A DNA stretch of 64,000 bases from a virus. Lineage: Duplodnaviria; Caudoviricetes. The stretch spans positions 1-64,000 of IMG/VR virus record IMGVR_UViG_3300030376_006203, one strand, 5' to 3'. A model generated the notes under the pieces. That model was given only the letters and a program-made list of their open reading frames with translations. It did no database searches and had not been told where the DNA came from. How positions within the stretch are numbered: position 1 is the first letter of the stretch; every line of letters begins with the position of its first letter. Positions 56,390 through 64,000 of this stretch are shown here, one piece after another. The translations under genes were made by a program, and so were the position numbers.

Positions 56390-56418
56390 ATTATATGTGA
56401 ATTATATCAAAAAGTCAA
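56390..56418 (-). promoter_or_regulatory. sigma70-like promoter, probably leaderless
   Basis: TTGACT-17-TATAAT, 6 nt before ATG 56383. Confidence 0.75.
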
Positions 56419-56421
56419 TGA

Positions 56422-56655
56422 TTAATCTACTTTGATCAAATCGTCGATGTCTGTGCCAGAATTTTTGGATATTTCTTGTTGTTCTTTGTACCAACGCATT
56501 TTAAGTTCTTCTGTGTAATCCATAATGAACATATTGATTTGGTTTCGTACTTGTGGATTTGTTGCTCTTAAATATTTGGTACGCAACTCTGTGAGTTTAT
56601 TTTCTAATTCTTGAGTTGGAATGTCTTTGTAGTCTTTGCCCAATGGGTGAAACAT
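56422..56655 (-). CDS. small coiled-coil hypothetical protein
   Basis: MFHPL, ELENKLTELRTKY. Confidence 0.6.
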   Translation of the reverse strand: MFHPLGKDYKDIPTQELENKLTELRTKYLRATNPQVRNQINMFIMDYTEELKMRWYKEQQEISKNSGTDIDDLIKVD

Positions 56656-56661
56656 AAAATA

Positions 56662-57216
56662 TTAACTGAATTGACCAATATATCTGGCAAATACAGTTGC
56701 TCCGTTATCGTAAGTATAAAATTCAACTACCAAAGGATTTGTTGTACTATCAACTGTGAATGGTGTTGGAAAGCCTGTTGCTGTTTTTATTGTTCCACCA
56801 TTAGTGGCCCAAGTAACAGTTCTATCTCCACCTGCTTTAACAACTTGAACAACTACACTTTCTAAAGCATTTGCTTGATTACTCCAATCAGCCAATGTCA
56901 ATGTTACGTTTGCTCCAACAACAATAGTTTGAAAATTACCATTTGATAAACTTATATTTTGGCTTGTTGATACTGTTCCAGCGTCATGGCTTTTTGTAAA
57001 GTTTCCTTTGAATAAAGCACCATTTACTTCATTGCCGGCGAAGTTATTATCGCTGTTTAGTTTTGCTGTGTTTGTTTCTAATGCTGTAATTTCTGTTTTT
57101 GCTGTGGCAAAATTTGTTTTAATTGTAGAAAAATTATCTCTAAAACCTTGGCTGTTGTTGTCCTGTCCTGCGACTGGATATGTTGCGTCTATGCTTGTTG
57201 AATCTATTGTGCTCAT
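56662..57216 (-). CDS. virion structural protein (tail/baseplate region)
   Basis: IDATYPVAGQDNNSQGFRDNF N-term, coiled coil, beta-rich C-term; TAAATA at 57235-57240. Confidence 0.6.
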   Translation of the reverse strand: MSTIDSTSIDATYPVAGQDNNSQGFRDNFSTIKTNFATAKTEITALETNTAKLNSDNNFAGNEVNGALFKGNFTKSHDAGTVSTSQNISLSNGNFQTIVVGANVTLTLADWSNQANALESVVVQVVKAGGDRTVTWATNGGTIKTATGFPTPFTVDSTTNPLVVEFYTYDNGATVFARYIGQFS

Positions 57217-57242
57217 ATTTTTATGTCCTACTCATATTTATC

Positions 57243-60200
57243 TTATACATTATAATGATAGTTAGGAAAGAGTATGTATTGGTCGGCACTATTGCCCTCT
57301 GTTCCTTCTACCACGTATCTATCAATTTCAAAATTTATATTTTTGATATCAAATCCACTGTTTTTGACTGCTAGGGCAATGCTTTGGCTAGTTCCTGGCT
57401 TACAATAACATAATGGCACTGCTGTTGTGTAACCTAATGCTGTGTTGCTGTCTTGTGCAGTACGCATCCAAAGAGGTAAAAGACCTCCTTCAGTAACTCC
57501 TAGTGCTTTGATATTATCTCTCATGTTAGAAATATTGCTTATGTATCTTAACTCATCATCACTCATACTTGCTTTTAATAAATCACTATCGACTTTTATA
57601 ACAGAATTCTTTGGTCTGAATCTAAAAGGATCACCATTGATTTGTTCTACTGTTCCAACCACTAAATCAGGACCTGACTGCATATCTATTTTTAATTCTC
57701 CATTAGGCACATCTACTAATAATCTACCAGTCCTAGCAAATATTTCTAAACTTGTTCCTACACCTGAAACAGATAAAGATGAATTTGCTTGAGCAAAAAT
57801 AGTGTAAGCAGAACCTCCCACATTTAATTTTGTTGAATCATCTGTAACTTCTATTTGTGTTTGATTTATTTTAATTGTACTTTGTGGTTTTATCTTTAAT
57901 GATTTCCTAGTATCATTTTTATTTAAATCTCTTACATCAATTATATCAGCATAAACTAATTCATAAGCAATGTCGTTCGTGCCAGGGTATTTGGCTACTG
58001 CTGTTTTAATATCTCCAAAATTAAATTTACATCTTTTGTGATTTTTAGATACTGCTGTAACATAGTTGGCAACAGATTTCTTTTCAATTCCTGAATAAAC
58101 TAACATCTTCATGTTTTTCTGTAATCCAAACATAGGATCATTTGGTCTATAAATTTTATCTATAGCAAAAATATTTGTGTTACTGATAAAGTCTTTAAAA
58201 TAACTTCTTTGTGAGGATTTAAGTAAAGGTTGTGCGTATAAATCTGTAAAAGTTTTTGTAACATTTGTATCAATAGCCAGTGTAAATGTTCTTTCAACAC
58301 TGCTAAATCCAAATCTATCTTGTGCTCTTACAGTAAATGAATAACTTTCATCCACAGTTGTAGTTCCACCGTCTAAAGTTAATAGGTTATTATCAAAAGA
58401 AGTAATACCTGGTAAACTGTTTTCGCTGTACAATCTAACATTGCCAACTATTTCTCCATCCAATGATAAACTCAATCCTGGAGGAAGTGTGCCACCTGTT
58501 AAAAGATATTTCATTTTGGCATCTGCGACTGTGCTGGTTGCTTCTAATTTTAAATGACTTGTTAGATTTGCTTTTAATGTGCCTAATGAAGTTGCAGTTG
58601 TCCATGTAATTGTGCTGTCAACTTCTCCTAATACTTTGACTGTGAAAGTTTTTGTTGCTGTAGGTTCAGTATCTGTACTGTTTAACAAAAAGTTTTTAGA
58701 TTCAGGTATATCTTTGAATGCCGCAATACTGATATTTTGTTCGTTTACAAAACTATCCACAAGAGGAATATTCAATACAAGTTTTTCCATTGCTGTGGCA
58801 TTGGCTATACCTTGTAGTGCAGGTTCACCTTCTGCTAATAATGATTGTATATCTGAAATTTCATATTCACTAGAACCAATTCTTAATGTTCTCCCTTTAT
58901 ATTTGTCTTTAGATATTCTGTTGTAAACAAATATTTCATTGTTTGCTCTTGTTATAGGAAGTTGTGCTCCGGTTCTTTTCAATTCAATAGGATCATAAAC
59001 AGTGCCAGTATAAACTTTTAAATCATTGGCAGTTAAATTTCTGTTCAAAGTTAACAAATCATAATCTTGATCTGTGCCATCTACACCTAACACTGTGTAT
59101 TCTTCACTGTTGATTGTAATTTTTTCTCCAACTAAACTTTCTAAATCGTCTAATCCATCTGCTTGTCCCACAGGTAACTTTTGAATTTTTAATTTGTCCC
59201 CGCCTTGTTGTTGATCTTCATAAGGAGTAATAACCACAGTAACAAGGTCACTACCTATATTGGCTCTGACAGCACTTACTGTGAATTTATATTCTTTGCT
59301 CACAGCAGGTTGGTAAGGAACTCTGCCTGCTATTTCTCCAGTCAAAGCATCCAGTGTCATTCCTGGCGGAATAATTGATTCTGAATTATCGTTATTTGTA
59401 TTTTCAAGTATGTAACTGACTTTTCCAGGCACTGTGTTTGGATCATACAGTTCTAAAAATATTGTAACGTAGTTGTTGGCTCTTTTAAAACCTAAGTCAG
59501 ATGGTGTTAACCATTGCGGAGTTCTTAAAAATGTGCCATCTGATGTGAATACACCCGTACCCACCTGCATGATAGTATTGTCTGCTCTTAAGAAATCATC
59601 ACCTACAACAAATATTTTGAATTCTCTACTTATTGTGGAATCTCCATCAGTTACATTAACTGTAAAATTATAATAACGATTTAATTTTCGTTGATTTCTA
59701 TTCTGTACTTGCTGATTGTACAAGTCTGAAAACTCTTGTACATCAAAATAAAAACTTTTATTAGCAATTGATCCTTGTAATCCAAAATCAAATGGAGCCG
59801 ATGCGTAGTCATTTGAATCATAATATCCTGTGCTAGATAAAATGTCTAGTGCTAATATAGGATCTACTACTCCTGAAATTTTTCCAGTTGAACTTAATGA
59901 CAATCCAGGAGGTAATTCACCTCCACCTTCTGGAATGTAAAATTCTAATGTTGTATTTGCACTCAAATCAGCATCTTCAGCCTCTAATTGAAAATCTACA
60001 AATGAACTATCTAAAATGAATAGTTGTGAATCTTGTCCAATTGGAAGTGTACCTGCTGGAGTGATCCAAGTAGGTGCGTCTGGACCTTCGATATTTACTG
60101 TGAATGTTCTATCTTGAATTCTAGTATCATGCTTGGCTCTTAAACAAAATTCATATTGAGTAGAACGTGAAACTTGAAATGGTGTTCCTATTAAATTAGA

Positions 60201-60347
60201 ACCTTCTAATCTTAATCCAGGAGGTATTGTGCCTGCTATTGTGGTAATTGTGTCTGCTCCTGAAACTGGTAATGTGATTGTTGTTGGTACTCTTTCTTGA
60301 TATGTACCTAAATTAAATCCCGTCTGAACTGTCCATAAATCATGCAT
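57243..60347 (-). CDS. large baseplate wedge-like protein with Ig-like (LPPGL) repeats
   Basis: repeated G.LPPGL.L...G.I.G motifs; structural context; TAAATA 8 nt before ATG (60356-60361). Confidence 0.65.
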   Translation of the reverse strand: MHDLWTVQTGFNLGTYQERVPTTITLPVSGADTITTIAGTIPPGLRLEGSNLIGTPFQVSRSTQYEFCLRAKHDTRIQDRTFTVNIEGPDAPTWITPAGTLPIGQDSQLFILDSSFVDFQLEAEDADLSANTTLEFYIPEGGGELPPGLSLSSTGKISGVVDPILALDILSSTGYYDSNDYASAPFDFGLQGSIANKSFYFDVQEFSDLYNQQVQNRNQRKLNRYYNFTVNVTDGDSTISREFKIFVVGDDFLRADNTIMQVGTGVFTSDGTFLRTPQWLTPSDLGFKRANNYVTIFLELYDPNTVPGKVSYILENTNNDNSESIIPPGMTLDALTGEIAGRVPYQPAVSKEYKFTVSAVRANIGSDLVTVVITPYEDQQQGGDKLKIQKLPVGQADGLDDLESLVGEKITINSEEYTVLGVDGTDQDYDLLTLNRNLTANDLKVYTGTVYDPIELKRTGAQLPITRANNEIFVYNRISKDKYKGRTLRIGSSEYEISDIQSLLAEGEPALQGIANATAMEKLVLNIPLVDSFVNEQNISIAAFKDIPESKNFLLNSTDTEPTATKTFTVKVLGEVDSTITWTTATSLGTLKANLTSHLKLEATSTVADAKMKYLLTGGTLPPGLSLSLDGEIVGNVRLYSENSLPGITSFDNNLLTLDGGTTTVDESYSFTVRAQDRFGFSSVERTFTLAIDTNVTKTFTDLYAQPLLKSSQRSYFKDFISNTNIFAIDKIYRPNDPMFGLQKNMKMLVYSGIEKKSVANYVTAVSKNHKRCKFNFGDIKTAVAKYPGTNDIAYELVYADIIDVRDLNKNDTRKSLKIKPQSTIKINQTQIEVTDDSTKLNVGGSAYTIFAQANSSLSVSGVGTSLEIFARTGRLLVDVPNGELKIDMQSGPDLVVGTVEQINGDPFRFRPKNSVIKVDSDLLKASMSDDELRYISNISNMRDNIKALGVTEGGLLPLWMRTAQDSNTALGYTTAVPLCYCKPGTSQSIALAVKNSGFDIKNINFEIDRYVVEGTEGNSADQYILFPNYHYNV

Positions 60348-60377
60348 GATATAGGTATTTATCGAGTTTTAAAATGC

Positions 60378-61055
60378 TTAGATAGAACCAAAGTCAATAC
60401 CAGTTGCTGTAGGCGACGCTATTGTGCCCATATTCACTGGATTGAATGATTCAAGCCACTGTAACAAGTTGTTTACAGGGTTTTGTACACCACCAAAGTC
60501 AAAACCAACTAGACTGTCTAAGTCATCAATGTCCACACCTTTTACTAAACCATTAAAATTGTTACCTGTAATTGTGCCAACGTTGATCATATTGTTACCA
60601 TCAGCGTCAAGTGTTGCTGATAGAGTTGGTGAAGTTTCATTTGCTAGTGCTGAATTAATTGTTATATTTTGTCCTGATCCTGATGTTGTTGTACCACCTG
60701 TACCATTAACAGTAATTTGACCTTGTGATCCTATTGGATTCAAAGAACCTACATCAGTTGTGAATAAAATACTGACTATACCTGAAGATGTAATTGTAAT
60801 TTGATTATTGTCAGCACTTAAAACAACATTAGGTCCTGCTTTTAAATTTTTGAAAACTAAATTATCGTTTGATTTTTCAGCAAACACACCTTTTGTTGTA
60901 CCATCATCTGCTAGTCTGTTTGATGCTGTTGTGTTTTCTGCCTGACGAGCATCTAATTCGGTGAAGTTGTTGTTAACCTTTACAAAGGCTTCTCTCAGAT
61001 CATCACCTGTGCCGTCGTTTGCTAGTGTTCCTATGTTGATTGTGCTAATTGCCAT
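60378..61055 (-). CDS. baseplate/tail-fibre connector (gp9/gp10-like N-terminus)
   Basis: INIGTLANDGTGDDLREAFVKVNNNFTEL; TAAATA 5 nt before ATG (61061-61066). Confidence 0.8.
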   Translation of the reverse strand: MAISTINIGTLANDGTGDDLREAFVKVNNNFTELDARQAENTTASNRLADDGTTKGVFAEKSNDNLVFKNLKAGPNVVLSADNNQITITSSGIVSILFTTDVGSLNPIGSQGQITVNGTGGTTTSGSGQNITINSALANETSPTLSATLDADGNNMINVGTITGNNFNGLVKGVDIDDLDSLVGFDFGGVQNPVNNLLQWLESFNPVNMGTIASPTATGIDFGSI

Positions 61056-61063
61056 ACTAATAT

Positions 61064-62740
61064 TTATCCTATGTTAAAAGGCTTTTGTCCGTGCATCGGA
61101 AAGTATGCTACCCTATTTGGACTGCCATGTATAGTTGTATTTGTTGTGTAATCATCAGTGTTGCCTGTATCATTAAGATTAGCAACAGCATTTGATTCAA
61201 AATATGTTTTAACCTGTCCAGGTGTCCATTGCGGTTGTGCTTGAAGTAAACAACCAATCATGCCACACATTTGTGGAGCCGCCATTGATGTTCCTGAATA
61301 TTTGGCTTGTCTATAAGATGAATTAGCAAAGTATGTTGAGCCTTGATTATTTGGTTGAGCACTAATAATATATCTTCCTGCTGTGTAAATGTTTACACCT
61401 GGACCTGATTGACTGAATGTAGTTTTCTTATCTTTGTATCCCAGTTCAGTGAATACATCACTGTTTTCCAATGCACCAACCATAAATCCTTCATTTAAAT
61501 CTCCTGCCGGATTATCCTCAGTTGCATTTGGACCACTCAAAGTGTTTCCACCTTCATTTACTGATGGCGAACCTCCTCTGTGATAGTATAGATAATATGT
61601 TGACGCACCAACACCGATAGTGATATAGTTGTCGTAATCAACACCACCTGGTATATCCATTTTCATTGAATCATTTCCTGCGGCACAACACACATGAATT
61701 CCATTGTTGATCAATGTTTCTACATCAGCATCATTAGAAGCAAATTTTCTTGGAAACCCATATGTAGATGAACCTTGAAATTCTCCTATCAAGCCACGAT
61801 TTTGTAGTGCGGCATATGTTGTATCTGTGTGAGCAGTGCCTCTGTATCTTCCACCAGTAATAGGATATCCTGTTCCACCTTCTTGAAATTGAACTTCATT
61901 AGGAGTAACACCTGTATTAATATACCAAACATATCCAAAACTCATATTAACCACTGTGGGTTTACCTGTATAAGCGGCGTCATTCACATCATTCTTTTTG
62001 TTGTGCCAACCTATCAATGCGTCTACGGTGTTATCCCAAGATATGCTGTTTCCTGAATTAGCATAAAGAGTAATATTATAAATGTCTGAATTTTTACACC
62101 AACCGAATGTTTTACCAGCCATTGTGCCAATACAGTGTGTGCCATGACCATTTGTGTCTGTGTAAAAATTAGCAGGTTGTGAAAAACCAACTCCGCTGAT
62201 TGCTGACCAATCAACTTGTTTTAATCTTGTTGTTCCGTTAACATCTTCCCATTCTGGGTGACCAACTTGAATTCCTGTGTCCACAATAACTTGATCCACA
62301 TTTGTACCGTCTAGAACATAATCATAAGTTCCACCTGGATCGCCTGTGCCACCAGCAAAAGTGTTTGTCAAATTTATGTGTCTTAATAGACCCCAATTGT
62401 CTTGACTACCTGATGAAGTTGATGTACGGTTAAAATTTCCATCTTGAAAAGCAAAAGGTTTTATATCAGGTATTTCATCTACTGCTTGTACTGATATTAT
62501 TCTTGAATCATTTCTTAATCTCATTGCTTCGCTTAAAGAAAGATTGTAATGTGTATTTCTTGGATTGATTGCTCTTTCTTTAACAACGTCACACTGTCTA
62601 TCAGGAATAATACTTGAATCTACTGCGTCATTAGTAGATGTGTCATTGATCAGTTCATTGTGAACTGTGCGCCAATCAACATCTTTTTTAACTGTGACTA
62701 TATATTCTCTAATTTGATTTAAATCTGTACCTATCATCAA
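61064..62740 (-). CDS. subtilisin-like S8 serine protease
   Basis: IVDTG (Asp), HGTHCIG (His), AAGN (oxyanion), GTSMAAP (Ser). Confidence 0.92.
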   Translation of the reverse strand: MMIGTDLNQIREYIVTVKKDVDWRTVHNELINDTSTNDAVDSSIIPDRQCDVVKERAINPRNTHYNLSLSEAMRLRNDSRIISVQAVDEIPDIKPFAFQDGNFNRTSTSSGSQDNWGLLRHINLTNTFAGGTGDPGGTYDYVLDGTNVDQVIVDTGIQVGHPEWEDVNGTTRLKQVDWSAISGVGFSQPANFYTDTNGHGTHCIGTMAGKTFGWCKNSDIYNITLYANSGNSISWDNTVDALIGWHNKKNDVNDAAYTGKPTVVNMSFGYVWYINTGVTPNEVQFQEGGTGYPITGGRYRGTAHTDTTYAALQNRGLIGEFQGSSTYGFPRKFASNDADVETLINNGIHVCCAAGNDSMKMDIPGGVDYDNYITIGVGASTYYLYYHRGGSPSVNEGGNTLSGPNATEDNPAGDLNEGFMVGALENSDVFTELGYKDKKTTFSQSGPGVNIYTAGRYIISAQPNNQGSTYFANSSYRQAKYSGTSMAAPQMCGMIGCLLQAQPQWTPGQVKTYFESNAVANLNDTGNTDDYTTNTTIHGSPNRVAYFPMHGQKPFNIG

Positions 62741-62743
62741 TCA

Positions 62744-64000
62744 TTACGAGACAATGGATCTATCACTGACTCTTCTCCAATTTGAACCATCATAGAATGC
62801 CGGTATAGCGCCGCTTGTTTCGTCAGTACAATACACCATACTTCCAGCGGATGCCACGAAAGTGTTTAATTCTGATACTGTTTTAGATAGTAATCTAAAT
62901 GGCACATCTGATTTTACTTCTCCTGCTCCACTTGCCGCATCTAATGTGATTGTTGTAGGTGAAGTGATTGAATAAGTTCCAACTAAATTGCTTGGAGGAG
63001 CGATACTACTTGCTTCAATGTTTGTTACTGATAAAGTATCTGTGCCACTGTTATATGTGAATGCTGAATCTCCACCAAATGCACCATTATTGTTAAACTG
63101 CACTTGAGTGTTTGCTCCGCCTGGAGTTCCGCCACCACCGCCACCACCTGTGTAACTGATAGTGATTAATCCATTATTAATAGTTGTTGATATATCTGTA
63201 CCACCTTGGAAAGTAAGTTCATCAACTGCCGAAGCCGCCATGTATGGAGTGCCTGAATCAGCATTAATAGTTTCGAATAAATTTTGATTTGTGGCTGGAT
63301 TTGTATTTGTTATTGTTAATATGTTTCCAGCAATTGCAGTTTGTATTCCAGATAAAGGATCACCATTGATTGTAAATGTATCAGTGGCACTTGATGCTGT
63401 GGCACTGCCTGTTTCTGCATCGATAGTTGAGAATAAATTTTGTGTTGAACCTGAAGAATTAATTGTAACAGATTTTCCTGTATTGTCTGTTGTTAATGTT
63501 GTGTTTGTGCCTGCCACAAAAGTTAATACACCATTTACTGAAGCAGTGGTTACATCTGTTTGTCCTGAAACTCTAACAGTGTTGAAAATATTTTGATCTA
63601 CATTTGGTGAAGTGTTTGTTACTGTGACAGATTTGCTTGTATTATTCATTCCAAATGATACACCGCCGCCACTTACAAAATTTAATGTTGTTGAATCACT
63701 GTTTGCTTGAATTGTTGTGTCGTCATCTGGCGAAGCCACTGAACTGAATAAGTTTTGATCAACATTTGGTGCTGAGTTTGTGATAGTTACTTGATCACCT
63801 GAAGCATCACCTGTGACAGTAATACCTGTGCCAGCCGCAAATGATAGAGTGTCTGTTGTTGTGTCTGCGGAAATTGTTACGCCACCTGCTAATACATTCT
63901 GGAAAATATTTTGATCAACATTTGGATTGCTGTTGGTGATTGTGATTAAATCATTTGAAGCAGTCATTGTGATACCATTTCCTGTTTGGAAATTTAATGT
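62744..64000 (-). CDS. tail fibre protein, 5'-truncated by window edge
   Basis: frame open to 64000; ~52 aa repeats ending ITITNxxPNVDQNxF; GGANTQVQFNNNGAFGGD motif. Confidence 0.8.
   Translation of the reverse strand, partial: TLNFQTGNGITMTASNDLITITNSNPNVDQNIFQNVLAGGVTISADTTTDTLSFAAGTGITVTGDASGDQVTITNSAPNVDQNLFSSVASPDDDTTIQANSDSTTLNFVSGGGVSFGMNNTSKSVTVTNTSPNVDQNIFNTVRVSGQTDVTTASVNGVLTFVAGTNTTLTTDNTGKSVTINSSGSTQNLFSTIDAETGSATASSATDTFTINGDPLSGIQTAIAGNILTITNTNPATNQNLFETINADSGTPYMAASAVDELTFQGGTDISTTINNGLITISYTGGGGGGGTPGGANTQVQFNNNGAFGGDSAFTYNSGTDTLSVTNIEASSIAPPSNLVGTYSITSPTTITLDAASGAGEVKSDVPFRLLSKTVSELNTFVASAGSMVYCTDETSGAIPAFYDGSNWRRVSDRSIVS

Noticed and set aside
2000-63596. Numerous + strand ORFs antisense to well-supported - strand genes (e.g. 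6943..7338, 27381..27776, 33815..34213, 57442..57792)
   Set aside because: They are shadows of real genes: no SD or promoter, Ser/Leu/Phe-rich composition typical of antisense frames, no motifs
1-64000. tRNA, rRNA, CRISPR array, transposase/integrase, or stop-codon recoding
   Set aside because: Intergenic gaps are short and explained by promoters or small ORFs; no cloverleaf or spaced repeats seen; conserved genes are full length with TAA, TAG and TGA all used as stops. A tRNAscan/Infernal run would be the definitive check

Overview
This window is a 64 kb piece of a large, AT-rich (roughly 30% GC by eye), densely packed T4-like myovirus genome. Most genes are on the - strand and use the standard genetic code. 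The host is probably a marine alphaproteobacterium, judged from the FdxA-type ferredoxin. Content from left to right: (i) an island of tailoring enzymes (SDRs, HxD..H dioxygenases, GNAT-like, kinase-like, radical SAM) next to a tail-fibre gene; (ii) a MoxR ATPase/VWA pair and a 5'-3' exonuclease; (iii) a 7-deazaguanine DNA-modification region (folE, queE, a QueD-paralogue with LxxxHRHxF, a TGT/DpdA-like transglycosylase) interleaved with a glycosyltransferase, two sugar-type oxidoreductases, a phosphoribosyltransferase, HIT, an MBD4-like glycosylase and ClpP; (iv) sliding clamp, 3'-5' exonuclease and PolB, with a tandem-hairpin element over the polB leader; (v) guaC and peroxiredoxin; (vi) about ten proteins sharing a T4 internal-protein-like N-terminal tag and xxE-delimited modules; (vii) clpA/def/dnaJ, a DNA methyltransferase, a lysis cassette, phoH, thyX, nth, ferredoxin, clamp loader, SET domain, groES and a truncated DnaE fragment; (viii) baseplate/tail genes with a subtilisin. 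Two promoter classes are readable: sigma70-like TTGACW-17-TATAAT (several apparently leaderless) and a T4-late-like TAAATA. No tRNA, rRNA, CRISPR array or mobile element was seen. All calls come from motif recognition only; no database searches were run.
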